Notes: generated by a model from the sequence alone, not told the origin. A stretch of 64,000 nucleotides of DNA from Syntrophales bacterium (GCA_963668175.1 OY764159.1:32001-96000), one strand, 5' to 3'. Counted from the first letter of the stretch, positions 33,451 through 43,648 are shown. Numbers and translations: made by a program.

Positions 33451-34710
33451 TCAATACCACCTGTCCAGGATATCCCAAAATCCGGGAAAGGATTTCCCGA
33501 CGCAGTCCGGATTGGAGATGGTGATGTCGGGAACGGCCAATCCCAGGACGGCAAAGCTCATGGCGATGCGGTGGTCGTTATAAGTCTCGATCGCGGCACC
33601 GTGCGGTTTACCGCCGACGATGACCATGCCGTCTTCGATCTCTTCCGCATGGGTGCCGACGCGGCGAAGTTCGTTGACCAGGGCTTCCAGGCGGTTGCTC
33701 TCCTTCATGCGCAGGTGCGAGACATTACGGATGACCGTTCTTCCCGGCCGCAACGCTGCAAGAACTGCAACCGTAGGAACGACGTCGGGCATGGGTCCGA
33801 AATCGAACTCGTAATCGCCCCGCTGAAGGGGACCGCCGGTTACTTCGATCATGTTGTCCTTCCTGGCAACCTGCACGCCGAGGCGTTCCAGGACGGACAA
33901 AAATCCAATGTCGCCCTGGAGAGTTCCGGGATTGATATTATGGATACTCACCTTCCCCCGGCACACGGCCGCTGCGAGGCAGAAGTAAGAGGCCGAGGAA
34001 ACGTCGCCCTCGACGGTATACGACCTCGCCTGGTAATGCTGTTTTCCCCTGACACGGAAACGTCCCGGAGAAACCTCTTCTACATCCACACCGAAACAAT
34101 GCATGGCCTCGACCGTCATGTCCACATAGGGACGCGACGGGACGGGGCCCACGACATCTATTTTGCTGTCGGCGCCGGCCAATGGACAGCTGATCAGCAG
34201 GGAAGAGACGAACTGGCTGCTCGCGATATCGGTGAGCACGGCACGGCCGCCCTGTAAACCCTCCGTTCGGATTACAACGGGCGGACAGCCCCGACCATTT
34301 TCCGAAGCGGCATGGACCCCCAGGGAGGAAAGGGCGTCGAGCAGCGACCCGACGGGCCTTTCGCAGAGCCTCTCGTCCCCCGTGAGGCGGAATTCCCCTT
34401 TTCCCAGGGCTGCGACCCCCATCAGAAGCCTGATGGCCGTACCGTTGTTGCCCAGATAGATATCCGTTTGCGGCGCGGCGATTCTCCCGGCCGTTCCTTC
34501 GACGGTCAGGGTCTCCGGCTCGATCTCAATGACCGCCCCCATCAGACGCAGGGCCTTAATCAGGTATTCCGTATCCTTTGAAATCAGGGCATGGTGCAGG
34601 ACCGACTTCCCCTCGGCCAGGGCCGCAATAACCAAGGCCCGTTGCGTATAACTTTTGGAGCCCGGCAGTGTGACGGCGGCATTTAAATTCGGCAACGGTT
34701 TGATTTCCAT
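33451..34710 (-). CDS. aroA: 3-phosphoshikimate 1-carboxyvinyltransferase (EPSP synthase)
   Basis: PGSKSYTQR, GNNGT, SSQFVS, KESNR, DHRIAM, KSFP; start placed at MEIKP. Confidence 0.97.
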   Translation of the reverse strand: MEIKPLPNLNAAVTLPGSKSYTQRALVIAALAEGKSVLHHALISKDTEYLIKALRLMGAVIEIEPETLTVEGTAGRIAAPQTDIYLGNNGTAIRLLMGVAALGKGEFRLTGDERLCERPVGSLLDALSSLGVHAASENGRGCPPVVIRTEGLQGGRAVLTDIASSQFVSSLLISCPLAGADSKIDVVGPVPSRPYVDMTVEAMHCFGVDVEEVSPGRFRVRGKQHYQARSYTVEGDVSSASYFCLAAAVCRGKVSIHNINPGTLQGDIGFLSVLERLGVQVARKDNMIEVTGGPLQRGDYEFDFGPMPDVVPTVAVLAALRPGRTVIRNVSHLRMKESNRLEALVNELRRVGTHAEEIEDGMVIVGGKPHGAAIETYNDHRIAMSFAVLGLAVPDITISNPDCVGKSFPGFWDILDRWY

Positions 34711-35525
34711 TATAATCTCCCGAGCCTCTCCGTCACAGCACACTTCATAACATCGAGAGGCGGCTCCATGCCCGTCCACAGCCGGATCTGTTCGGCACCC
34801 TGGCCGACAAACATGCCGAGACCTGTATGCGTTACACATCCGGCAGCCTCGGCCTCCTGAAGCAACTTGGTCCTGATCGGATTGTACACGATATCGACCG
34901 CGTGTCGGAACCGCGGCAGGATTTCCTTCGGTACCGGCGAGGCTTCCATATTCGGAAACATGCCGACCGGCGTCGTATTGACCAGACAATCCCCAAGGAC
35001 TGCACCAATCTCTTCAAAAGGCAGCCAGGAACAGCCGAATTCCGCTGCCAGCCCGGCGGCCTTCTCCGCCGTCTTGTTCACGACGACCGGCAAACCCTTT
35101 TCCCGAAGAAGGCCGTAAACGACGGCCCGGGCCGCCCCCCCGGCACCGACCACCACAAACCTCTTCCCTCCAATATCCATGCGCGCCTTTAAATCGGCGA
35201 CGAAGCCCTGCCAATCGGTGTTATGGCCCGTAAATCGCCCATCGCGGCGGCAAACCGTGTTGACGGCCCCGATTTGCCTGGCCCCTTCGTCGATATGATC
35301 CAGATATTCCATCATGGAGACTTTAAAGGGGATGGTCACGCTTGCCCCGGCGATATCTCCCCCGCGCAGCAGCCGGACGGCCTCCCCGATGTCGTTGGGG
35401 CAAAGGGCCACGTAACGGGCGCCGATGCCCATCCTGGTATAAGCCGCGTTATGCATAAGCGGCGAGAGGCTGTGCGCTACGGGGTTCCCCAGGAGCGCGT
35501 AGGTCTTAGCGGTCTTCATCGTCAC
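34710..35525 (-). CDS. aroE: Shikimate dehydrogenase
   Basis: GNPVAHSLSP, VTIPFK, GAVNT, NTDWQG, GAGGAA. Confidence 0.96.
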   Translation of the reverse strand: MTMKTAKTYALLGNPVAHSLSPLMHNAAYTRMGIGARYVALCPNDIGEAVRLLRGGDIAGASVTIPFKVSMMEYLDHIDEGARQIGAVNTVCRRDGRFTGHNTDWQGFVADLKARMDIGGKRFVVVGAGGAARAVVYGLLREKGLPVVVNKTAEKAAGLAAEFGCSWLPFEEIGAVLGDCLVNTTPVGMFPNMEASPVPKEILPRFRHAVDIVYNPIRTKLLQEAEAAGCVTHTGLGMFVGQGAEQIRLWTGMEPPLDVMKCAVTERLGRL

Positions 35526-36201
35526 CTGCCAGAATTCTGTGAAGCTGCCGCATCTCCTCCGCCGTCAACTGGCCGGGAGCGGTCCTTTCCTCAGGCGACA
35601 AGGCCGCGTAGCTGATACGCGATCCCCAGAAAGGCGCCATGGCCCTGCTCAAGCGGCCCCTGGGCCCCATGCAGAAAGCGATGATGTCCCGGCCCCTTTT
35701 TTGTGAATGGACAAGCAGATTCAAGATCTTGAAATTGTCCGCATCCGTCCTGGCATAAGGAACGACCTTCACGATATCGGCGCCTTCGCCACAGCCCCGA
35801 TCCACCTTGTTTCTCAATGCACGCTCGGAAGGTGTTCCCGACATATCGTGCCATGAGAGAATCAAGTGCGTTTTCCGCTTACAATGGGCAATGGCTGCAG
35901 CGATATTTTTCCTCAAGTCCGGAGACGTCTGCAGTTCCACGTCGATAAAATCCGCCCCCAGTTCGACCGCCTGCGTCAGCAGTGCGATTCGCTCGCCTTC
36001 GCTTCCGGAAAACAATCCTCCCTCTTCCCGGCAGCGGTTAGTGACGATGACCTTCTTTCTTTTCCCGGCAAGGAGCCGTTTCAGGTCGACATCCCTGATC
36101 CCGTCGATCCGCAGTTCTACAACATCTGCCAACGTGAAGGCATTCTTCATTTTGACCAGGGCGTCTTCGTTCGACTCGGGACTAACCGATATGCACATCA
36201 T
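35506..36201 (-). CDS. aroD: Type I 3-dehydroquinate dehydratase
   Basis: VELRID, TNRCREEGG, DVEL, SWHD, TAPGQ; start at MMCIS overlaps the pheA stop. Confidence 0.93.
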   Translation of the reverse strand: MMCISVSPESNEDALVKMKNAFTLADVVELRIDGIRDVDLKRLLAGKRKKVIVTNRCREEGGLFSGSEGERIALLTQAVELGADFIDVELQTSPDLRKNIAAAIAHCKRKTHLILSWHDMSGTPSERALRNKVDRGCGEGADIVKVVPYARTDADNFKILNLLVHSQKRGRDIIAFCMGPRGRLSRAMAPFWGSRISYAALSPEERTAPGQLTAEEMRQLHRILAGDDEDR

Positions 36202-37280
36202 GGCCGGTCCTGCCCCTGGGGATAAGATCCGAGAATTTTGACGAACGCCGCCTGGGTTTTCAGCTCCTGCAGGCATTTCCCGACCTCTTTGTCTTCCGCA
36301 TGCCCCAAAAAATCGGTAAAGAAGAGGTACTCCCATGCCCGGTCCTTGACAGGGTAGGACTCTATCCTCGTCAGATTGACACCGCGCTCCGCAAATGCCG
36401 ACAGGGCCTTATAAAGCGATCCCGGGGCATGGGCCGTCCCGAAAAGGATCGATGTTTTGTCCGCTCCCGTGGGCCTTACATCCCCGCGACCTATCACGAA
36501 GAAGCGGGTTGTGTTGCCCGGATGGTCTTCGATCCCTTCCGCCATGACATTGAGATGATAAGTCGATGCCGCGGCCTGGCTCCCGATCGCGGCTGCTACC
36601 GGGTCCTCGCCGACCCGCCGGGCTGCCCCGGCCGTGCTTTCGACCTCTAAAACGGTCGCCGCGGGCAGATTGGTCCTCAACCAGCCCCGGCACTGGGCAA
36701 TGGCCTGGGGGTGGGAGTAAACCCTGCGCACCGCTTCCAGATCGCGACCAGCCGAAAGCAGGCAATGCCTGATTCTCAAAAAGACTTCCGCCTTTATGCG
36801 AAGCGGCGTGGCGATGAGCCTGTCCAGGGTCAGCTTTACGGAGCCTTCAATGGAATTTTCAATCGGGACGATGCCCAGCTGAACCGCCCCCCTTTCCACC
36901 TCTTCAAAAACACCGGCTATGGACGAAACGGGACGCAGGCCGGCTTGTCTGCCGAATTGCGAAAGGGCCGCCATATGGGAGAAGGATGCTTCGGGTCCCA
37001 GGTAAGCGACGGACAGCTCGACCTGAAGCGCCCGGCAGGCGGAAACGATTTCCCTGAAAATATCGCCCAGGGCCGCATCGGTCAGGGGACCTTCGTTCAC
37101 GCCCGTCACGGATCTGAAAACGTGGCTTTCCTGGGAAGCATCGTATACGCTTCTTCCCTGGGCGTTCTTTTCCTCGCCGATCTCGACGGCCAGGGCAGCT
37201 CGCTCATTGAGCAATTTGACCATATCGCCGTCGGTCTTTCTGATCCTCCGCCTGAGGCGTTCCAGTTTGTTCTCAGCCAT
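36198..37280 (-). CDS. pheA: Bifunctional chorismate mutase/prephenate dehydratase (P-protein)
   Basis: N-terminal CM domain, YLGPEASFS, PIENS, SHPQA, NTTRF, ACT domain NLTRIES. Confidence 0.95.
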   Translation of the reverse strand: MAENKLERLRRRIRKTDGDMVKLLNERAALAVEIGEEKNAQGRSVYDASQESHVFRSVTGVNEGPLTDAALGDIFREIVSACRALQVELSVAYLGPEASFSHMAALSQFGRQAGLRPVSSIAGVFEEVERGAVQLGIVPIENSIEGSVKLTLDRLIATPLRIKAEVFLRIRHCLLSAGRDLEAVRRVYSHPQAIAQCRGWLRTNLPAATVLEVESTAGAARRVGEDPVAAAIGSQAAASTYHLNVMAEGIEDHPGNTTRFFVIGRGDVRPTGADKTSILFGTAHAPGSLYKALSAFAERGVNLTRIESYPVKDRAWEYLFFTDFLGHAEDKEVGKCLQELKTQAAFVKILGSYPQGQDRP

Positions 37281-38373
37281 GCTTCAGTCCCTCGATCGTT
37301 TCCCTTACGACAGGTTCCGGAACTCCACCATTGACAAAGGGCATGCCCATTTTCTTGAGGAGAACAAAATGTATATTCTCTCCCTGTTTCTTTTTGTCCA
37401 TCTTCAGCCGCGCCAAAATAGCGTCGGTTTTCACACCCGGATCTATTCGTTCGACGAGACCCATGTTCCGGATGAAAGAGGTAATTCTATCGGCATCTTC
37501 ATTGCTCAGATAGTTGAGGCGTTGCGATATTCTCGTGGCGGCCGCCATGCCCACGGAAACGGCGTCGCCGTGCGGAATCGCATAATCCGATTCCGCTTCG
37601 AGCGCATGGCCGACGGTGTGTCCGAAGTTGAGGATTCGCCGCAGTCCGGTCTCTTTTTCATCGATCTCCACGATGTTTTTCTTGATCCGGCAGCACGACG
37701 CAATGAGTCCTTCCAAAAAGGATAAATCCCTGTTTCTCAGCTTCTCCACGTTAGCTTCCATCAGGGTGGCGAGTTCCGGCGATTCGATGAGGGCGTACTT
37801 CACCATCTCCGCCAAGCCGTTCCGGAATTCCCGATCCGGCAATGTCCTGAGAAAGGCCGTATCGATGAAGACCGCCTTGGGTTGATGGAACGTGCCGATC
37901 AGGTTCTTCCCGGCGGCCGTGTCGACGCCGGTCTTGCCGCCGATGCAACTGTCTATCTGGGCAAGCAGGGTCGTGGGAAAGTGGATGCACGGTATGCCGC
38001 GCATATACAGGGATGCCATGAGTCCTGCGATATCCCCCGTAACGCCGCCGCCCAGAGCGACGAGCGCCGATGTCCTGTCGGCGCCGAGCGCCGCCAGTTT
38101 TTCGGCGATCTCCAGGCAGGTGGAAAATGATTTGGACTTCTCGCCGGCGGGAAAGTCGATCGTGTCAACCTTCAAATCCGATCTCTTCATCGTCTCACAG
38201 AGAAGGCCGCCGTGAAGGGCTGCCACATTTTCGTCGGCGATGACAAAATAGCGCTTGGCCCAGTTATTCTTGGCCATGATCAGCACCGAACGGTCCAAAA
38301 TATCCTCGCCGATATGGATATCGTACGAATTGATCTGCTTCCGGTCGAGATTGACTTTGAGTTTGTTCATCAT
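37273..38373 (-). CDS. aroB: 3-dehydroquinate synthase
   Basis: [31 protein letters not shown]. Confidence 0.96.
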   Translation of the reverse strand: MMNKLKVNLDRKQINSYDIHIGEDILDRSVLIMAKNNWAKRYFVIADENVAALHGGLLCETMKRSDLKVDTIDFPAGEKSKSFSTCLEIAEKLAALGADRTSALVALGGGVTGDIAGLMASLYMRGIPCIHFPTTLLAQIDSCIGGKTGVDTAAGKNLIGTFHQPKAVFIDTAFLRTLPDREFRNGLAEMVKYALIESPELATLMEANVEKLRNRDLSFLEGLIASCCRIKKNIVEIDEKETGLRRILNFGHTVGHALEAESDYAIPHGDAVSVGMAAATRISQRLNYLSNEDADRITSFIRNMGLVERIDPGVKTDAILARLKMDKKKQGENIHFVLLKKMGMPFVNGGVPEPVVRETIEGLKHG

Positions 38374-39395
38374 TGCACCCTGATTTCCCTTTTCATAACC
38401 CCCTCTATGATCCTGACCTCGTCCATCATCTGGTAGAACTGTTCCGGCCGCAACGACTGAGGACCGTCGGACATGGCCTTTTCCGGCTCCGGATGGACTT
38501 CGACGATGATTCCATCGGCACCGACGGCGACGGCGGCTCTCGTTAAAGGAAGAACATACTTGGAATAGCCGGCGGCATGAGACGGATCGACGATGACCGG
38601 CAGATGGGTCAGTTCCTTCAGAACGGGAACCGCACTGATGTCGAGGGTGTTGCGCGTTGCCGTCTCGAATGTCCGGATTCCCCGTTCGCAGAGAATCACC
38701 TGCTCGTTGCCGGACGACAGGATATACTCGGCCGACATGAGAAGTTCCTCGATCGTTGTCATCAGTCCTCTTTTCAGGAGCACCGGCTTCTTGGCCTGCC
38801 CGACCTTCTTCAGCAGGGCGAAGTTCTGCACGTTCCGGGCGCCGATCTGGAGGATGTCCGCATAGGCTTCAACGAGGTCCACATCCGTCGTATTCATAAC
38901 CTCGGTGACGACAGGCATGCCCGTCGTCTCCCGGACTTTCTGCAGCAGTTTCAATCCGTCTTCGGCCATTCCCTGAAAACTGTAGGGAGACGTCCTCGGC
39001 TTGAAGGCACCGCCGCGAAGAACGTGGGCGCCCGCCTTCCGCGCGATGTAGGCGCATTCCATGAGCTGCTCGTCGCTCTCGATGGAGCAGGGACCGGCCA
39101 TGACGATGAAGTCCGGGCCGCCGATCTTCAGATCACCCACCTCAATGACGGTATTGCCCTCCTTGACCTCGCGGCTGGCAAGTTTATAGGGCTTGAGAAT
39201 CGGCATAACCTTCTCCACCCCTTCCAGGAATTCCGCCGCCTTCAGATGGGCCTTGCCTCGGTCGTCGCCGACGGCGCCGATGATGGTCCGCTCCACTCCC
39301 CTGGACATGTGGGGATTGTATCCGACCGACTCGATCCACCTTACAACGTTATCTATCTGGCCCTCCGTTGCATTTTTTTTCATTAAAACGATCAT
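38370..39395 (-). CDS. aroF: DAHP synthase, class I-beta, with N-terminal regulatory domain
   Basis: [35 protein letters not shown]; start placed at MIVLMK after a GGAG RBS. Confidence 0.95.
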   Translation of the reverse strand: MIVLMKKNATEGQIDNVVRWIESVGYNPHMSRGVERTIIGAVGDDRGKAHLKAAEFLEGVEKVMPILKPYKLASREVKEGNTVIEVGDLKIGGPDFIVMAGPCSIESDEQLMECAYIARKAGAHVLRGGAFKPRTSPYSFQGMAEDGLKLLQKVRETTGMPVVTEVMNTTDVDLVEAYADILQIGARNVQNFALLKKVGQAKKPVLLKRGLMTTIEELLMSAEYILSSGNEQVILCERGIRTFETATRNTLDISAVPVLKELTHLPVIVDPSHAAGYSKYVLPLTRAAVAVGADGIIVEVHPEPEKAMSDGPQSLRPEQFYQMMDEVRIIEGVMKREIRVQ

Positions 39396-39414
39396 GCTCC
39401 TGACCTCCCCAAAT

Positions 39415-39448
39415 AAAAAGGCCGTGACGTTTTCTGCCGCCACGGCCT
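39415..39448 (-). terminator. aro leader terminator 2
   Basis: AGGCCGUGGCG-GCAGAAAA-CGUCACGGCCU (11 bp) followed by UUUUAUUU. Confidence 0.8.
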
Positions 39449-39454
39449 CAAAAT

Positions 39455-39496
39455 AAAAAAGCCGCGGGCAGTATCACTTTCGATCCACCCGCGGCC
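39455..39496 (-). terminator. aro leader terminator 1
   Basis: GGCCGCGGGUGG ... CUGCCCGCGGCU (12 bp) followed by UUUUUAUUUU. Confidence 0.82.
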
Positions 39497-39517
39497 TATG
39501 TTCTTATGTTATCCTTT

Positions 39518-39622
39518 TCAGATCCTCCTGAACGCCGGGCAGACCGATGCGAAGCTATAATAATAGCTAAACCAGTAGCTAAAGTTAAAGCTTGTTAAAT
39601 CGATCTTTGCGTCCTGCGTCAT
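39518..39622 (-). CDS. aro operon leader peptide MTQDAKIDLTSFNFSYWFSYYYSFASVCPAFRRI
   Basis: 34-aa ORF with 9 aromatic codons (4F, 4Y, 1W) in a 13-codon window, directly upstream of two terminators and aroF. Confidence 0.85.
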   Translation of the reverse strand: MTQDAKIDLTSFNFSYWFSYYYSFASVCPAFRRI

Positions 39623-39842
39623 ACCATCGGCCTTCGTTAAAATTTTGTTAATGAGATCATAAGGCGGACAAATATGTCAAGGAAAAATTTTTCCGGCACA
39701 TGTCACCCGCGTTTTCTTTCATCTTTAACTATCCGTATTTTTAAGGAATTTATTTATTCAAATTTTCTAAGTCTACCCTCTTCAGCAATTAAAAGAAAAG
39801 TGCTTCTCTTTGCTCACGCTAATGTCGATCAGGCAAGGACCA

Positions 39843-40991
39843 TCACGCGGAGGGATAATGATTCCGGTCCTTGAGGACCAGGCCGAGGTATCGTTTATAA
39901 TCTGCGGTACCGGACATCAGGTCCAGGTAATATTTACAGTATTTGGCATTCGCTTTCATCTTGCGCATGGCAAAGAGCGACATCCTGCGGTGATAAAAGG
40001 CTTTTCTCAACCAGAAGGCCTGCCGGAAAAGGGGATAAATCCTGCTGCGGAGGGCCGTATGATAGGCTGAAAGCACATCCTTTTTCGAGAGTATGGCTTC
40101 CGCCGCCAATTTCCCGCTCAGCATGGCAAAATACATCCCTTCGCCGGTGATAGGCTCTACCAGACCCGCAGCATCTCCGGCAAGCAACACCTTTCCTTTT
40201 CCCGGTTGTTTCATAAAATTGTGGAACGGTATCGGGTAGCCGCTCACGCGCTCCGGCATATTGGCCTCGTTTTTCAGAAGACGACGAAGAAAGACTTGAA
40301 AGTGGTCTTTCATGTTTTTGCCGTTGGATCTCGTCAAACCGCCGAGGCCGACCGTCGCGAAAGCAGGCTTGGGAAATACCCATCCATAACCGGCGTTGAT
40401 GAAACCGAAATGGATTTGCGGATAGACACCGTCATGGTCAAAACATGTCAGATGCTCATAGGGAATGTCCGCTTCGATGCCGACGGCAAATTCAGCCCTC
40501 CTGACGCGGGGGGAAACGGCCCTGCGGACAACGCTGTAAGGGCCGTCCGCGCCGACTATGAAGTCCGCGGCCAATACATCTCCATTGTCCAGGACGACAC
40601 GATCCTGCGCGACCGCCTTGACTGCATGCCCGCATAAGATCGTACATCCGGAAGCCCGGGCTTTGTTGAGGAAATAGTGATCGAAGCTCGTCCTGTCGAC
40701 GGCGAAAAACCGTTCGGTCGGACCGGACCATTTGCATATCTTTCCCAGGTCTGCATGATAAATGCCGAAGGCGGAGGACTCCATGAGCACAAAGTCCTGC
40801 CGTGCGACGTCCCCGTATATTTCCTTTATCAGGGGTATCGCTTTTTCGGTCAGGAGCCCGCCGCACAATTTCTTGCGGGGGAAGATGGCTTTATCGACGA
40901 CCAGGACCTTCCGGCCGTTCGCCGCCAGGGTATGTGCCGCGGCGGCGCCGGCGCAGCTTCCGCCCACGATGACCACGTCATGCTTTTCCAT
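39843..40991 (-). CDS. Geranylgeranyl reductase family FAD-dependent oxidoreductase
   Basis: VVIVGGSCAG, FPRKKLCGG, GADG, GYGWVFPK, GDAAGLVEPITGEG; start placed at MEKHD. Confidence 0.88.
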   Translation of the reverse strand: MEKHDVVIVGGSCAGAAAAHTLAANGRKVLVVDKAIFPRKKLCGGLLTEKAIPLIKEIYGDVARQDFVLMESSAFGIYHADLGKICKWSGPTERFFAVDRTSFDHYFLNKARASGCTILCGHAVKAVAQDRVVLDNGDVLAADFIVGADGPYSVVRRAVSPRVRRAEFAVGIEADIPYEHLTCFDHDGVYPQIHFGFINAGYGWVFPKPAFATVGLGGLTRSNGKNMKDHFQVFLRRLLKNEANMPERVSGYPIPFHNFMKQPGKGKVLLAGDAAGLVEPITGEGMYFAMLSGKLAAEAILSKKDVLSAYHTALRSRIYPLFRQAFWLRKAFYHRRMSLFAMRKMKANAKYCKYYLDLMSGTADYKRYLGLVLKDRNHYPSA

Positions 40992-41064
40992 AGGTTCCTT
41001 CCAAAGCAAGCAAAGCCGTTCCGGTCGGCTTGCCGGGAGCCCTGTCCGCCATTGCTGCCCTTAC

Positions 41065-42380
41065 TCACTCGATCTTGCCGGATGATCTGCGGGCGGCATT
41101 CAACCGCACGCTGACGGAGTTGCCGTGGCCGTCGAGACCTTCCAGCGCGGCAAAACGGGCCGTCCGGCGCCCGAACTTCTGCAGGGCTTCTTCCGAATAG
41201 GAGAGGACGCTCGTCCGCTTGATGAAATCATAGACGCCCAAGGGGGAAGAAAACCTGGCCGTGCCGCCCGTCGGCAGGATATGATTGGGACCGGCCGTAT
41301 AATCCCCGAATGCCTCCGGTGTATAATGGCCGAGGAAAATGGCACCGGCGTGTCTGATCTTTTCCATGAGCTTCCCGGGATTTTCGACCATCAACTCCAG
41401 GTGTTCCGGTGCAATGTCATTGGAAATACCGGCGGCCTCGTCCAAATCTCCGGCAATAATGACGGCGCCGTGCGATTCCAGCGCCTGCCGGATGATGTCC
41501 TTCTTGGGAAGGCGCTCCAGTTGGGCATTGACGTCCTTTTTCACCTCGGCAGCGTATGACTCGTCGGTTGTAACGAGAATGGCGCGGGCCATTTCGTCGT
41601 GTTCCGCCTGGGCGATCAGGTCCGCAGCCGCAAAAGCGGCCGGTCCCTTGCCGTCGGCGATAATCAAGACTTCGCTGGGACCGGCGATCATGTCGATATC
41701 CACCGCACCGAATACCAGTTTCTTGGCCGCCGCCACATAAGCGTTTCCCGGTCCGACGATCTTATCCACCCGGGGGATGGATTGCGTACCGTAGGCAAGG
41801 GCTGCCACGGCCTGAGCGCCGCCGACCTTGAATATGCGCGTCACACCTCCGATCCGGGCCGCGGCGGCGATCAGGGGATTCAGATTCCGGCTCTTGACAG
41901 GCGAGACGAGAATAATGTCTTCAACGCCGGCAATCACGGCGGGAATCGCCGCCATCAGGACCGTGGACGGATAAATGGCCAGACCGCCCGGGCATAGATA
42001 CCAACCCTATCCAGCGGCCTGACCCTTTGCCCCACGACCAGACCGTTTCGCTCGCGGATTTCATAGTCCCCTGTCTTCTGTTTTCGGTGAAACGCCCGTA
42101 TGCGTTTCGCGGCCAGGGTCAGAATGGCTTTGTCGTTTCTGGAAACCTCCCCTGCCGCTTTGTCCCACTCTTCCTGCGTCACCTCCACCGTGCGGGCGTC
42201 GAGTTCCTGATGATCGAATCTGGCCGTGTACTTAAAGAGGGCCCCGTCGCCGTTTCGGACGACGTCGTCGATGATGGCGCTCACGGACGACCAGATGCCG
42301 GCGTCGAACATCTCCCGACGTTGACTGATTTCTCGAAAGAAAGCGGCGAAACCGCTGTCGGTTGTCCTGATTGTTTTCAT
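41065..42380 (-). pseudogene. hisD: Histidinol dehydrogenase with a 1-nt frameshift near 41990 (real lesion or sequencing error)
   Basis: The N-terminal part (MKTIRT...PLDRVGIYA) and C-terminal part (IYPSTVLMAAIPA...GPGNAYV, DMIAGPSE, AQAEHD, APEHL) are in different frames; adding one base restores the conserved YxPGG. Confidence 0.85.
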
Positions 42381-42394
42381 GTCGTTACTCCTTA

Positions 42395-43645
42395 TCAGAC
42401 CTTGACGCGGACAATGTCTGCCCCCAGGGCGGAAAATTTCTTTTCGATAGCCTCGTATCCACGATCGAGGTGATAAACCCGGGAGACTTCCGTTTTGCCC
42501 TCTGCGGCAAGGCCGGCCAGGATGAGCGACGCCGAGGCGCGTAAATCGGTCGCCATGACCTGGGCACCCTTCAGCCTGGGAATCCCCCGGACAACGGCCG
42601 TATGACCCTGAATCGTGATGTCGGCTCCCATCCGCATAAGTTCGCTCACATGCATGAAGCGATTTTCGAAGACCGTCTCGGAAATGACGCTCAAACCGCC
42701 GGCCATGGCCATGAGCGCCATGATTTGTGCCTGCAGGTCCGTGGCGAATCCGGGAAAGGGGTGGGTCGTCACATCCACGCTTCTGATTGTGCCGGTGCCG
42801 ATCACCCGCATGCCGCCCTCGACCGGCTGAACTTTCATACCCGCATCCCTTAGTTTGGCGGTCAGGGCATCGACGTGCGACGGCTCGCAACCCATGACCC
42901 TGATATCGCCGCCGGTCATGCCGGCCGCGATCATAAAGGTTCCCGCCTCGATACGGTCGGACATCACCTCGGCGTCATAGGGTTTCAGCCGTTTCACCCC
43001 GTCGATGGTAATGATGTCGGTGCCGGCGCCGCGAATATTGGCCCCCATGCCGTTGAGGACCTCAGCCAAATTGACGATTTCGGGCTCGCGGGCGGCATTT
43101 TTCAGGACGGTTGTCCCGTCGGCCAAAGCCGCGGCCATCATGATATTTTCCGTGCCCGTCACCGTCACGGGATCGAAAAAGATCGTCGCCCCATGCAGCC
43201 TTTTGACATTGGCGACGACATAACCGTCTTTCAAGTCGATTTTCGCCCCCATATCCTCCAGGGCCTTGATATGGAGGTTAACCGGCCTGGCGCCTATGGC
43301 GCAGCCGCCGGGAAGGGACACGCGCGCCTCCCCGGTCCGCGCCACCAATGGGCCCAGAACCAGGATGGAAGCCCGCATGGTCTTCACCAACTCGTAAGAG
43401 GCTTCCGTATTCGATATGTTGCCCGCGTTGATCCGCAAAGGGGGCCCTTCGTCGATCTCGACGCCGAAACTCTTGAGCAGTTTCTTTGTCGTCTGGATAT
43501 CCACCAGATTGGGGATGTTGTGACACGTATTCCATCCGTCGGTCAGAAGCGAAGCAATCATGATCGGCAGGGCGGCGTTTTTCGCGCCGCTGACGCGGAC
43601 ATCACCTTCCAGTCTATGTCCGCCGTTGATAACGATTTTATCCAT
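42395..43645 (-). CDS. murA: UDP-N-acetylglucosamine 1-carboxyvinyltransferase
   Basis: [30 protein letters not shown]. Confidence 0.98.
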   Translation of the reverse strand: MDKIVINGGHRLEGDVRVSGAKNAALPIMIASLLTDGWNTCHNIPNLVDIQTTKKLLKSFGVEIDEGPPLRINAGNISNTEASYELVKTMRASILVLGPLVARTGEARVSLPGGCAIGARPVNLHIKALEDMGAKIDLKDGYVVANVKRLHGATIFFDPVTVTGTENIMMAAALADGTTVLKNAAREPEIVNLAEVLNGMGANIRGAGTDIITIDGVKRLKPYDAEVMSDRIEAGTFMIAAGMTGGDIRVMGCEPSHVDALTAKLRDAGMKVQPVEGGMRVIGTGTIRSVDVTTHPFPGFATDLQAQIMALMAMAGGLSVISETVFENRFMHVSELMRMGADITIQGHTAVVRGIPRLKGAQVMATDLRASASLILAGLAAEGKTEVSRVYHLDRGYEAIEKKFSALGADIVRVKV

Positions 43646-43648
43646 AAA

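Noticed and set aside
41955..42890. 311-aa ORF as an independent gene
   Set aside because: Its 5' part is an alternative frame of murA and its 3' part is the N-terminus of frameshifted hisD.
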